Shown: positions 35,076-44,677, numbered from the stretch's first letter. The stretch: 52,526 nucleotides of DNA from Chlamydiota bacterium (GCA_013285775.1 JABDHB010000001.1:1-52526), one strand, 5' to 3'. The notes: a model not told the origin generated them from the sequence alone. Numbers and translations: made by a program.

Positions 35076-35875
35076 TTTTATCTTACCTATACTGGGATCC
35101 TGCTAGAGAAATGCTCCCCTTTAACTTGCCCATTTTGGATCGTCCCATTTTATGGTATGGGTTTTTCTTTGCATTCGGATTTTTCATTGCCTACTGGATT
35201 GCTATCCATATGCTGAAAGGAGAATTTGGGAAAAAAGAAGCAAGGCATATCGTTGATAAGATGATGCTTTACATCATTTTGGGTACAATAATTGGAGCTA
35301 GACTAGGGGATATCCTCTTTTACCAAGATATTTCAGATTACATTCACGATCCATTAGCTGTTTTTAGAGTTTGGGAAGGGGGACTTGCTAGTCACGGAGG
35401 TGTTGTCGGAGTAATTATTGGTATATTCCTCTGCTCACGCAAACTTAAAATCTCTTGGATCCGTCTCCTCGACTTTATTGCTATTCCTACTTGTATCGTC
35501 GCATCTTGCATTCGGATCGGGAACTTTTTTAACCAAGAAATACTCGGCAAACCCTCAGATCTTCCGTGGGCAGTCATTTTTGGACATCCAGCGGATGGAG
35601 GAGAGATCGTCCCACGCCATCCAGCTCAGATGTACGAGGCTCTCTTTTATTTCCTTCTCTTTTTTGTCCTTTATTTTACAAGAGACCATCTTAAAAAGCG
35701 GGGAAGAGTGGCAGGTACCTTTCTCATCTCCGTATTTACCTTCCGCTTCTTTATAGAGTATTTCAAGATGGAGCAAAGCGTCTATTTAACCGGCTCTGCA
35801 AGCCTCTTCACAATGGGACAAATACTGAGCATCCCCTTTATTTTATTTGGCATCTACTTATGTTCAAAAAAGTGA
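35072..35875 (+). CDS. lgt: prolipoprotein diacylglyceryl transferase
   Basis: 267 aa. YG.FFA.GF, GARLG, W.GGLASHGG, RIGNFFNQE..G and HPAQ.YEA motifs. Confidence 0.9.
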   Translation: MILSYLYWDPAREMLPFNLPILDRPILWYGFFFAFGFFIAYWIAIHMLKGEFGKKEARHIVDKMMLYIILGTIIGARLGDILFYQDISDYIHDPLAVFRVWEGGLASHGGVVGVIIGIFLCSRKLKISWIRLLDFIAIPTCIVASCIRIGNFFNQEILGKPSDLPWAVIFGHPADGGEIVPRHPAQMYEALFYFLLFFVLYFTRDHLKKRGRVAGTFLISVFTFRFFIEYFKMEQSVYLTGSASLFTMGQILSIPFILFGIYLCSKK

Positions 35876-35932
35876 TATGTTTTGTTGTGACAAACTTGTG
35901 ACACGCCTTATGACAAAAAAACGTGATTTTTG

Positions 35933-37618
35933 TCACAGTCCAGTTTGAAGCTTAGCGATATCTACAGGGAGATGAGGGATGATCCGGTTACAGAGTTCTT
36001 GGAGATTGTGACCGTTTTGTTGCTGATGCCATTTCAAAAAACGGCAGAGTGAGGATTCCGTTGTTTGTATGTACCAAATGTATTTGTAGAGAATCCAGAT
36101 CCTGACATTTACTTGTGGAAGGTAGGGAGCAAGCTCTGGGTGTTGTTTCAGGTATTCCATACAAATTTGGCTGACAAATTCGTAGTGGTTTGCATCTGGG
36201 GTCGTTTGGAATTTTTGTTCGATGAGCTTGAGTAGGGGAGCTTCATGGTCAAGTTTAATCCATCTGCACAGTAGATCGCCCTGAATTGTCCAGAGGTGGA
36301 TCTTTCTTTCCATTTCTTGCATCTGCTTTTGGATGCCGAGCTCTTTAAGTCTTTGAAAAAATTGAACGGTTATTTGAACAATCAGAGAAAAGCTTTGTTT
36401 GGGGTTGTCAATAAGGGTATTTGCAATTTCTTCTTCGATTTTTTGCCCAATTTTATAGGGAAGTTTTTCTAAAAGGTTTTCATAGTCGCTTAATGCTTTC
36501 CAAATGATCATTTCTAAAACATCCCCTTGAAGGATCGGAAGAAGTTTTGTTTCATGATAAATTTCCACGAGCGTATTTGGATTGCCAAGGGTGTTTTCCG
36601 CCGCAATAAACGCATAGACTGGCTGAGGAAGTCCTTGTTGGGAGAGGATTGCTTCATCGGAAAGATCTTTAGGTAGCCCGCTTGCCAAGGTATAGAGCGC
36701 TATAATTCGTCTTACGAGATCGCTGTATTTCAAAGTAGGATAGGCTTTTTTACAAAGGTCTATCTGCTTTTTGATAAAAGCGATTGCCGCATGTTTTGGC
36801 TCTGTAAGAGGATACGTTTTTTCAGCGAATAAGGCAGCAATGGTAAATGTCATCATGTCAATCGATGCAAAACTTGGTAGTTCATGCAAAGATTGGAGCG
36901 ATTCTTTTACTTTATGCTCTAGTTGTTTCTGCTCAATTTGAGGTTCTTTTGCAGTGATTTCTAAAATGAGTTTTACAATCAATCTATCCATTTTGTCGTA
37001 TTCATCGTAGGGAGATTTCAATTGATCTGGAGATCCTGTAAGTAAGTGGCGCTGCAAGGCCCAAATCATCCGAGTTAAGTGGTCAAGTTTGGGCTTTATC
37101 CCATCAATTGTTGCAATACACTCACTCATTTTGACTGCAAGCTGATGAGCAAAGTGGTGAGGTTGAGAAATCTTGCGCGTCGAAAAGTTTTTCAAGTTCT
37201 CTTTAATGAAGAAGGGGATATTTAATTTCCCTTCTTGTGTGATTGCCTCTTTTTGATCTTGGATATGGGCTAAATAATACGAGATTTTATCCCACATTTT
37301 TTTAAGAGCAGAAATGCCTAATCGGTAGTGGGGAAATTTCTGCTGAAAGTCAGGGGTGATCTTTTGAATCAGATCTTCTTGGATCTTATGAGACCATTTT
37401 TTTATAGATCCATGTGCATGCATTTCCTGCTTGATTTTTTGTGATAGAAACAAGCTTAAGTCTGAGTAAGGATTGTGGAAATCGGGGGCTTCATCAATCG
37501 AAAATAAGGTATCATTTGTCCCTTCTTTTTTTCCAAATGGAGGAGAGCCTGCCATCTTGACTGAAGGCTGGTTCCAAAATCCGTCCGAAGAAGAAGGTGG
37601 TTTAATAGCTCCTGACAT
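35933..37618 (-). CDS. large hypothetical soluble protein (lineage-specific)
   Basis: 561-aa uninterrupted ORF, helical by composition, with no TM segment and no recognised motif. Its N-terminus is Ser/Pro/Gly-rich (MSGAIKPPSSSDGFWNQPSVKMAGSPPFGKKEG). Confidence 0.6.
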   Translation of the reverse strand: MSGAIKPPSSSDGFWNQPSVKMAGSPPFGKKEGTNDTLFSIDEAPDFHNPYSDLSLFLSQKIKQEMHAHGSIKKWSHKIQEDLIQKITPDFQQKFPHYRLGISALKKMWDKISYYLAHIQDQKEAITQEGKLNIPFFIKENLKNFSTRKISQPHHFAHQLAVKMSECIATIDGIKPKLDHLTRMIWALQRHLLTGSPDQLKSPYDEYDKMDRLIVKLILEITAKEPQIEQKQLEHKVKESLQSLHELPSFASIDMMTFTIAALFAEKTYPLTEPKHAAIAFIKKQIDLCKKAYPTLKYSDLVRRIIALYTLASGLPKDLSDEAILSQQGLPQPVYAFIAAENTLGNPNTLVEIYHETKLLPILQGDVLEMIIWKALSDYENLLEKLPYKIGQKIEEEIANTLIDNPKQSFSLIVQITVQFFQRLKELGIQKQMQEMERKIHLWTIQGDLLCRWIKLDHEAPLLKLIEQKFQTTPDANHYEFVSQICMEYLKQHPELAPYLPQVNVRIWILYKYIWYIQTTESSLCRFLKWHQQQNGHNLQELCNRIIPHLPVDIAKLQTGL

Positions 37619-37803
37619 ATTCCTATATAAAAAAATTTAATTGTTAAATTCCTGTCTAAACGATCGTCCGATTTATTGTCTAATTAAATTTTAAACTTCA
37701 CAAAAAAAAGATCAACGCAAAGGCGCATACAAGTGGTATGCGACAGTTTGGGCTGTATCATTTCGGACTTGCAGGTCTGAAGAAAAAATTTATAGTTAAT
37801 TTG

Positions 37804-37832
37804 TTGACCGATATTAACAAAGCGTGTATAAT
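37804..37832 (+). promoter_or_regulatory. near-consensus sigma-70 promoter upstream of 37909..39216
   Basis: TTGACC (37804..37809), a 17-nt spacer, then TATAAT (37827..37832), about 75 nt before the ATG. Pattern match only. Confidence 0.45.
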
Positions 37833-37908
37833 ATTTAATTATATTTTAATGCAAACTTTATTAATAGAAATATAGTATTTACAGCTAAAGTAAAAAACGG
37901 AGCTATTT

Positions 37909-39216
37909 ATGACATCATATATTGGAAATAAACTTAATTCTCTTGCCTCCCAAATGGTAGGTGCCATTCCAGGCGAAAATGGGATGATAGTTCCCTACGG
38001 AAAGGTGAGTGGAGGAATCAGGTCTGCCAATGATGCCATACTAGCAAGCTTAAAAAATGGTCTCAGTACATGTCTTGCAAATATCTCTTCTCGATTTAAT
38101 AAATCTTTAGCGGCTCAAGGATTAGAAGGTAAATGCGCTCGCGCAGCAAAATCTGCTCTGATGACAGTGCCTCCCGCTGCTCCAGTGATTGCGACCGATC
38201 TTAGTAAGATAAAAGCATTGATTAATATAAACTCAGGAATAGAAGTATCTGTAGCTGCAGCAGTTTTAATGATTAACAAATTTTTCTTAAACAACTTAAC
38301 TCCACTAATAATCGAAAATAAAACTATAGTGAATGATGAACCCCTAACACCTCTTGGATTTATGGCGATAGCTATAAGTGGAGGGGTGGTCACCTTTATT
38401 GCATTTAAGATCTTAGATCAGGCAAAAGAACTAACATGGGCAGGAGATAATTTTTCTAACAGAATTACTTTGGTTTTATCTGGGATGTTAGCAAGTTCTG
38501 CGTTGGTTACGGTTGGAGAATCGATTTTATCACTTACAATTGGATCCAAAGCAGCAAAAATTGCCCCATTGCTGTCAATTTGTTGTTTGCCTCTTAGTTG
38601 TGGTTGTCTTTCGCATGTGTTTAGTAATGAGCCAATGACGTTTGGTAATGGCCCACCAGTATATATGAATAGCCCAACATCAAGGCTATTGAACGCTGCT
38701 ATAGATGCTGGGGCTATTCTAAATTCATCCTTAACATATGCACTTCATTCAAGTACCCCCTTTCAACTCAGACTTGCTTTGTTAGGGGCCTATGCTGCTT
38801 ATAACCATGAGCTATATCTTCGACAGCATAATTATTTTTATTCTGAAGAGGTAAAGAGGATGGCAATGTTGGCTAGTATAGCAATGGCGAGTGAGGCTCT
38901 TTACCCAGGCTATATAGCAACAGCAGTTACAGTTATATTAGCTGTCCCGCTTGTTGAAGCAATTTCTCTACTCAGTGAAGCCTTTTCTAAATTACAGCCC
39001 ATCTATGCCAAGAATCATGAAAAGGTAGAGATGCAGGGTGTGCAACTTCTAGTCGAAGAACTGTATCCTTCAGACTTGGCAAAGATGGTGATGGACTATG
39101 CTGACGAAGAGAATTTCTCAAGAATCCGATTTCCAGAAGCAGCACAAATAGAGGAAATAGTAGAGGCACAAGAACCAGAAATTGCAGGACCTCAAGCTTT
39201 AGACGCGCTAGACTAA
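37909..39216 (+). CDS. hypothetical polytopic membrane protein with an acidic C-terminal tail
   Basis: 435 aa with a GGAG SD. At least 5-6 hydrophobic segments (LGFMAIAISGGVVTFIAFKIL, ITLVLSGMLASSALVTVG, IAPLLSICCLPLSCGCL, IATAVTVILAVPLVEAISLL). C-terminus EEIVEAQEPEIAGPQALDALD. No recognised family. Confidence 0.6.
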   Translation: MTSYIGNKLNSLASQMVGAIPGENGMIVPYGKVSGGIRSANDAILASLKNGLSTCLANISSRFNKSLAAQGLEGKCARAAKSALMTVPPAAPVIATDLSKIKALININSGIEVSVAAAVLMINKFFLNNLTPLIIENKTIVNDEPLTPLGFMAIAISGGVVTFIAFKILDQAKELTWAGDNFSNRITLVLSGMLASSALVTVGESILSLTIGSKAAKIAPLLSICCLPLSCGCLSHVFSNEPMTFGNGPPVYMNSPTSRLLNAAIDAGAILNSSLTYALHSSTPFQLRLALLGAYAAYNHELYLRQHNYFYSEEVKRMAMLASIAMASEALYPGYIATAVTVILAVPLVEAISLLSEAFSKLQPIYAKNHEKVEMQGVQLLVEELYPSDLAKMVMDYADEENFSRIRFPEAAQIEEIVEAQEPEIAGPQALDALD

Positions 39217-39231
39217 AGTTCTATAGAATTT

Positions 39232-39334
39232 AAGATTAACGCAAAGGCGCAAAAGCGCGAAGACGCAAAAAGAATTGAAAATATTATAAAATTCTTTTTG
39301 CGTCTTCGCGCTTTTGCGCCTTTGCGTTGATCTT
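39232..39334. repeat. Repeat family C, copy 1: hairpin with ~45-bp arms
   Basis: aagattaacgcaaaggcgcaaaagcgcgaagacgcaaaaagaatt, a 13-nt AT loop, then aattctttttgcgtcttcgcgcttttgcgcctttgcgttgatctt (one mismatch). It lies between convergent stops and touches the oppF stop codon. Confidence 0.9.
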
Positions 39335-40256
39335 AACTTGGAGTCGCATATAAGTGACACGCCACGGTTTGGGTTGGGGTGAGTTGAAGGAGTTCTGGCT
39401 TGGTCTTGTGGCATTTTTCCATGGCAAAGGGGCAGCGGTTTGCAAAGACACATCCTTGGGAAGGGATGTGAGAGATATCCCCTTTTAGGAGGATCTTTTT
39501 ACGGGCTCTTTCTTTTTTTGGGTCTGGGATAGGGATGGCAGAGAGGAGGGCTTGGGTGTAGGGGTGCTTGGGGTTTTTATAGAGGTCTTCAGATGAAGCA
39601 AGCTCCAAGATGTTGCCAAGATACATGACAGCTACTCTATTGGAGAGGTATTTTACCAAGCTAAGATCATGGGAAATGAATAGATAGGTAAGTCCTAGCT
39701 CTTTTTGGAGCTTTTTTAGAAGATTGATGATCTGGGCTTGGATCGAAACATCGAGTGCAGAAATCGGTTCATCGCAGACGATGAATTCGGGATTAAGTGC
39801 TAGGGCTCTTGCAATGCCGATCCTCTGCCTTTGTCCTCCACTAAATTCATGTGGATATCGATGCATAAACGTGGGACAGAGGCCCACAAGTTCGAGGAGT
39901 TCCTTGATTTTCGATGAGGGGATCGTTTCTTTGTGGATTTTAAAGGGTTCCTCGATGATTTCTTTTACACTCATACGGGGATTTAAAGAAGAGTAGGGAT
40001 CTTGGAAAATGATCTGCGCTTTTTTGCGCCACTCGCTCAAATCAAGGTTTAAAAGGTTTTGATCTCGATAAAGTATTTCTCCAGAATTAGGTTCGTGCAG
40101 GCGCAGAAGTGTTTTCCCAAGCGTGGATTTTCCTGAACCACTTTCTCCAACAATCCCAAGAGTTTCTCCTTGAAAAATCTCAAGTGAAACCTCATCTAAT
40201 GCTTTAACGGGGCCAAAATGCTTTTTGAGTTTTTTTATTTTGTAGAGAGCCAGCAT
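39333..40256 (-). CDS. oppF: oligopeptide/dipeptide ABC transporter ATP-binding protein
   Basis: 307 aa. Walker [10 protein letters not shown], signature [15 protein letters not shown], Walker B IVCDEP, and an Opp-type C-terminal Cys-containing extension. Confidence 0.9.
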   Translation of the reverse strand: MLALYKIKKLKKHFGPVKALDEVSLEIFQGETLGIVGESGSGKSTLGKTLLRLHEPNSGEILYRDQNLLNLDLSEWRKKAQIIFQDPYSSLNPRMSVKEIIEEPFKIHKETIPSSKIKELLELVGLCPTFMHRYPHEFSGGQRQRIGIARALALNPEFIVCDEPISALDVSIQAQIINLLKKLQKELGLTYLFISHDLSLVKYLSNRVAVMYLGNILELASSEDLYKNPKHPYTQALLSAIPIPDPKKERARKKILLKGDISHIPSQGCVFANRCPFAMEKCHKTKPELLQLTPTQTVACHLYATPS

Positions 40257-41179
40257 GAGGTTGTGTGTCCGGGGGTAATAGTAAAGATAGGAGGAGATTC
40301 ATTTTTACACGCTTGTATGGAGTCTGTGCATCTGGGGCAAAAAGAGCATCCTGTGATCGATTTCCCAAGATCGGGAGGAGTGCCTTCAATGGGATGTAAT
40401 GGTTCATTTTGAGGCATATCGAGTCTTGGTTTGGAAAGGAGAAGGCGCCTTGTATAGGGATGTTGCGGGGTTTCGAAAATTTGGTCCACAGGCGCAGATT
40501 CGATGATTTTACCTGCATACATCACAAGAACTCGATCGCAAAAACCTGCAACGACACTTAAATCGTGTGTGATCAGCAAAATGCTCATGTCGAGTTTTTG
40601 TTGGATGTCTTTTAGAAGATCCAAAATTTGAGCCTGTAGCGTTACGTCTAAAGCGGTTGTAGGCTCATCTGCAATAAGAAGTTTTGGGCTTGCAGCAAGC
40701 GCCAAAGCGATGAGAGCTCTTTGCCTCATCCCTCCACTTAGAGTGTGTGGATAGTGATCCATTCTGTCTTTAGGAATGCCCACTAAATCTAGAAGTTCTT
40801 CTGTTCTTTTCACAGCATCTTTTCTTGATTTTTCAGGGAAATGGCGCAAATAACTTTCCCTAATTTGAAAGCCAACTGTGAGTAAAGGATTGAGAGAGGT
40901 CATCGGATCTTGAAAAATCATTCCAATCTCTTTGCCTCTAACTTTTCGAAGCTCTTTTTCTGAAAATTCTAAGATGTTTTTTCCGTTGTAAATTACTTCT
41001 CCAGAAAATTCAGCGGTTTTTTTAGGAAATAACTTTACAAGAGATTTTGCAAGAGCGCTTTTACCTGATCCCGACTCTCCTACAATGGCAACAGTTTCTC
41101 CCTCTTTAATTTCTAGATTAACCCCTCTTACCGCATGCACATTCTTAAACCGCACATTTAGGTTGTTAATTTTGATCAT
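40235..41179 (-). CDS. oppD: oligopeptide/dipeptide ABC transporter ATP-binding protein
   Basis: 314 aa. [34 protein letters not shown], and a C-terminal CxFCPRC motif. Confidence 0.9.
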   Translation of the reverse strand: MIKINNLNVRFKNVHAVRGVNLEIKEGETVAIVGESGSGKSALAKSLVKLFPKKTAEFSGEVIYNGKNILEFSEKELRKVRGKEIGMIFQDPMTSLNPLLTVGFQIRESYLRHFPEKSRKDAVKRTEELLDLVGIPKDRMDHYPHTLSGGMRQRALIALALAASPKLLIADEPTTALDVTLQAQILDLLKDIQQKLDMSILLITHDLSVVAGFCDRVLVMYAGKIIESAPVDQIFETPQHPYTRRLLLSKPRLDMPQNEPLHPIEGTPPDLGKSITGCSFCPRCTDSIQACKNESPPIFTITPGHTTSCWLSTK

Positions 41180-41200
41180 ATGCTCTCCATGTCAGGGAAG

Positions 41201-41300
41201 AGATTCAACGCAAAGACGCAAAAACGCGAAGACGCAAAAAGAATTAAAATCTTTATAAAAATTTTTGCGTCTTTGCGCTTTTGCGTCTTTGCGTTAATTT
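41201..41300. repeat. Repeat family C, copy 2 (intercistronic, between oppC and oppD)
   Basis: agattcaacgcaaagacgcaaaaacgcgaagacgcaaaaagaatt, an AT loop, then atttttgcgtctttgcgcttttgcgtctttgcgttaattt. Confidence 0.9.
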
Positions 41301-41309
41301 CTTTTGCAA

Positions 41310-42140
41310 TCATATGCGGAGCCTGGGGTCGAGGGCGTCTCTTAAGGCATCACCGAGCAAATTAAAAGAAAGCATGGTTACGCTGATAAATGCAGCGGGA
41401 AAAAAGAGGCGCCAGGGGTAGTAGCGGAGAGCTGGCAGGCCATCGTTGGCCATTGTTCCCCAACTTGCAATGGGAGCTTGAACGCCGAGCCCTAAAAAAC
41501 TTAAAAAAGCTTCTGCAAAAATGGCTGTGGGGATACTCAAAGTGAGAGTAACAATGATAGAGGGGGTTGTGTTAGGAATCAGGTGCTTGGATAAAATCCA
41601 TGAGGAATTTGCGCCAAGAGCACGTGCAGCTAACACATAGTCGAATTCTTTCAGCTGGAGCACTTGTCCTCGCACGATACGAGCCATTCCAATCCAGCCT
41701 GTGATGCTCAATGCTATGATAATAGAAAGAAGACCTGGTCCTACAACAACCATTAAAAGGATGACAACAAGCAGATAGGGGATGGTGCTTAAAATATCTG
41801 CAGCACGCATCATGAATTCGTCGATTTTGCCCCCAAAGAATCCACAAACTGCCCCATAGACAACTCCAATGAGAAGATCGAGTACAGATGCAGAGATCCC
41901 CACAAGTAAAGAGATCCGCGCTCCCCACCAGATCCGTGTAAAAATATCTCTTCCAAGCTCATCTGTTCCAAACCAATATTCTAAGGAAGGAGATTGGTTT
42001 TTCAAAGGAAGCTGCGTTTCATAATAAGTATGGGAAGAGAGAAGGGGACCAAAGATGGCCATAACCATAAGCAAGGCTAGAAAATAGAGCCCGAACATCC
42101 CTGTCTTATTTACTTTAAGCCTCTGCCACGCGTTTACCAT
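41310..42140 (-). CDS. oppC: oligopeptide ABC transporter permease
   Basis: 276 aa polytopic protein of the BPD-transporter family (..LGTDELGRDIF.R...GARISL..G), in the opp operon. Confidence 0.9.
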   Translation of the reverse strand: MVNAWQRLKVNKTGMFGLYFLALLMVMAIFGPLLSSHTYYETQLPLKNQSPSLEYWFGTDELGRDIFTRIWWGARISLLVGISASVLDLLIGVVYGAVCGFFGGKIDEFMMRAADILSTIPYLLVVILLMVVVGPGLLSIIIALSITGWIGMARIVRGQVLQLKEFDYVLAARALGANSSWILSKHLIPNTTPSIIVTLTLSIPTAIFAEAFLSFLGLGVQAPIASWGTMANDGLPALRYYPWRLFFPAAFISVTMLSFNLLGDALRDALDPRLRI

Positions 42141-43053
42141 TTAGTCTTATCCTTGGGTCAATGAAACAGTATAAAAGATCTACAGCAAGTACGCAAACCA
42201 TTAAACAGGCGCTGTAAAAAAGGGTGGTTCCCATAATGACGGTGTAGTCCCTATTGACCACACTCATGACAAACCATCCTCCTAAACCTGGAATTCCAAA
42301 AACTTTTTCCACAACAAAACTTCCTGTAAGTACGGCAGCTACAAGAGGTCCTAAAAAGGAGATCACAGGAAGAAGTGCATTCCTAAGCACATGAACGATA
42401 GCTATCCGAAAGGGATTCAATCCTTTTGATCTTGCAGTTAAGATGTAATCTTGTTGCAAAATCTCTACCATATTCGATCTTGTAAGACGTGCGATAAAGG
42501 CAGCTGGAAGAAGGGATAAAGAGATGGCAGGAAGGATCGAATGGGCAAATGAACCCCACCTAGCAACAGGAAGGAGTTCGAGTTTCATAGAAAAAACATA
42601 TTGGAGTGCTGTTGCAATAATAAAACTTGGAAGAGAAACTCCAAGAACAGCAAAAAACATCACAAATTGATCTTGCCAGCGCAAGTGGTTAAAGGCTGCG
42701 AGAGTCCCAAGAGAAATCCCTAAGCCAATTGCTAAAAAGATCGCTTCAGCTCCCAATTTTAAAGAGATAGGAAATCCTTGCAGGATAATTTCAGTAACGG
42801 TTCTTCCTTCATATTTAAAGGAAGGCCCCAAGTCAAAAGTCACAATCCCTTTGAGATAGCTGAGATATTGCATAAAAAGAGGTCTATCTAGGCCATAGTG
42901 TTTTTTTAGGGCTGCCATAATCTCTTCAGGAATCGCTTTGTCTTGCGTAAAGGGATCGCCTGGGATAGCGTGCATGAGAAAAAAAGTTAGCGTTGCAACC
43001 AAAAATAGGGAAAGGAGTAAAATCCAGAATTTTTTACTGATGTATATAAGCAT
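42115..43053 (-). CDS. oppB: oligopeptide ABC transporter permease
   Basis: 312 aa: MLIYISKKFW.....F.V.TLTFFLMHAIPGDPF, with an EAA-type loop (DYILTARSKGLNPFRI...H.LRNAL.P). Confidence 0.9.
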   Translation of the reverse strand: MLIYISKKFWILLLSLFLVATLTFFLMHAIPGDPFTQDKAIPEEIMAALKKHYGLDRPLFMQYLSYLKGIVTFDLGPSFKYEGRTVTEIILQGFPISLKLGAEAIFLAIGLGISLGTLAAFNHLRWQDQFVMFFAVLGVSLPSFIIATALQYVFSMKLELLPVARWGSFAHSILPAISLSLLPAAFIARLTRSNMVEILQQDYILTARSKGLNPFRIAIVHVLRNALLPVISFLGPLVAAVLTGSFVVEKVFGIPGLGGWFVMSVVNRDYTVIMGTTLFYSACLMVCVLAVDLLYCFIDPRIRLNGKRVAEA

Positions 43054-44617
43054 GCTTTAAATCTATGTGTCCTGTGTTTGTAAAAACGACCCCTTTAACA
43101 TAAGGCTTTTGTAAATAGCTACTTGTATAAAAATAAATCGGTGCAATCGGCATATCATCTAAAAGTATCGTTTCTGCTTGATGGAGGATCTCTTCTCTTG
43201 TTTTTGGGTCGGTTGCCTGTTTAGCCATTTGGATGTATTTATCGTAGTTGAGGTTATTCCATCCTGTTCTCTCGGTATTAGATTCATCTAAAAAAGTCAC
43301 AGGATCATTATAACCCGCAACTCCTCCCATTCTTGCTACCTGATACTGATGTTGATTCGTCTCGTTTAGAAAAACCTTCCATTCTTTATTTTCGAGTTTT
43401 ACATCCACTCCAAAGGCTTCCTTCCATTGTTGCTGGATGGCCTGCGCAATTTTATGATGCCCGTCTGAAGTGTTATAGCTCAATGTAATTTTTGGGAGAG
43501 TTCCCCCTAATTCTTTTAGCCCAAGAGCAAATAATTTTTTTGCATTTGCAACATCGTGATCTAAATAAGCTGGTTTTGATGGTTCTTTCCAAAGATTTGG
43601 AGGGACGTAGGAGAGAGCAGGCTTTTGTTTTCCTTGTAAAATATTTTCAATGATTGTTTGCCTGTTGATAGCCAAAGTAAATGCCTTACGTATATTGACA
43701 TTATTAAAAGGGGGTTTTTCTGTATTAAAGATATAGAAATAGGTGCCGGCAAGGGGGGTTGTCTGTAGAGTTTGTGTTTTTAAGATCGATTGTAAGGAAT
43801 CCAACGGGATAGTAGAAAAAGGCTGTCCTGCCCAGTCAAGCTCTCCACTTTCGTACATCGAAAGCTCTGTTGTTTCATCTTGAATAATAGGAAAGAAAAG
43901 TTTTTGAAGCTTCACTTGATCTTTGTCCCAATAAGTTTCATTTTTCACCATGGTTACTTCATCATAGTGTTTCCAAGAAACCATTTTAAAAGGGCCATTT
44001 GCAAGATCGCCTTTATAAGGGAAGAAATAGGAGGTAGCTGCAAGTTCTGTAAAATAGGTGGTAGGATGTTCCAGATTGACCTGAAGCGTTTTATCGTCGA
44101 TTACTTTTATTCCAAGCTCTTCTTTTGTTGCCTTTCCAGCTTTAAAAGCTTTTCCATTTTTTATCACAAAAAGTTCATTTGCAAATTCAGAGGGGAAATT
44201 TGGAGAAAGAATTGTTGTCCAGGTATCTGCAAAATCTTGAGCTGTAACAGGTGAGCCATCTGACCACTTGGCATCTCTCAAATAAAATGTATACTCCATT
44301 TTATCTTCACTTGTTTCGAAGTGGCTGGCAATCCCAGGGCCATCATCTCGTAAAAGTCCTTCTAAACACATCCGGATCAGGTTAATCGAGGTCGTATCGG
44401 TGGCTCTGCGGGGATCAAATGTAGGAGGCTCAGTATGGATGCTCATCCTAAGCTCTTGAGAGGTAGGAGGGGGGGAGTGGTTTGTATCGCAGGAAGAGAG
44501 AAAGATTAACGCAAAGACGCAAAGACGCAAAGACGCAAAAAGAGAAAATATATCATAAAATTTATTTTTGCGTCTTTGCGCCTTTGCGTCTTTGCGTTTA
44601 AAAGGGACTATGACCAT
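43034..44617 (-). CDS. oppA: oligopeptide ABC transporter substrate-binding lipoprotein (SBP family 5)
   Basis: 527 aa. Family-5 SBP body (..DPRRATDTTSINLIRMCLEGLLR..). The N-terminus KRKDAKAQRRKNK-FYDIFSLFASLRLCVFALIFL-SSC looks like a lipoprotein signal with lipobox LSSC. That N-terminus is encoded by repeat family C, copy 3. Confidence 0.85.
   Translation of the reverse strand: MVIVPFKRKDAKAQRRKNKFYDIFSLFASLRLCVFALIFLSSCDTNHSPPPTSQELRMSIHTEPPTFDPRRATDTTSINLIRMCLEGLLRDDGPGIASHFETSEDKMEYTFYLRDAKWSDGSPVTAQDFADTWTTILSPNFPSEFANELFVIKNGKAFKAGKATKEELGIKVIDDKTLQVNLEHPTTYFTELAATSYFFPYKGDLANGPFKMVSWKHYDEVTMVKNETYWDKDQVKLQKLFFPIIQDETTELSMYESGELDWAGQPFSTIPLDSLQSILKTQTLQTTPLAGTYFYIFNTEKPPFNNVNIRKAFTLAINRQTIIENILQGKQKPALSYVPPNLWKEPSKPAYLDHDVANAKKLFALGLKELGGTLPKITLSYNTSDGHHKIAQAIQQQWKEAFGVDVKLENKEWKVFLNETNQHQYQVARMGGVAGYNDPVTFLDESNTERTGWNNLNYDKYIQMAKQATDPKTREEILHQAETILLDDMPIAPIYFYTSSYLQKPYVKGVVFTNTGHIDLKHAYIHQ
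44502..44602. repeat. Repeat family C, copy 3 (inside the 5' coding end of oppA)
   Basis: aagattaacgcaaagacgcaaagacgcaaagacgcaaaaagag, an AT loop, then tttatttttgcgtctttgcgcctttgcgtctttgcgtttaaa. Confidence 0.9.
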
Positions 44618-44677
44618 GAAGCTACCTGTGCAAGAAAATTATTTAATTCTTATTAATGAAAGCAATTTGTATCATAT

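Noticed and set aside
2559-44602. Possibility that the recurring repeats are CRISPR arrays
   Set aside because: Copies are kilobases apart. They are inverted rather than regularly spaced direct repeats, they enclose no spacer-like unique segments of constant length, and no cas genes are present.
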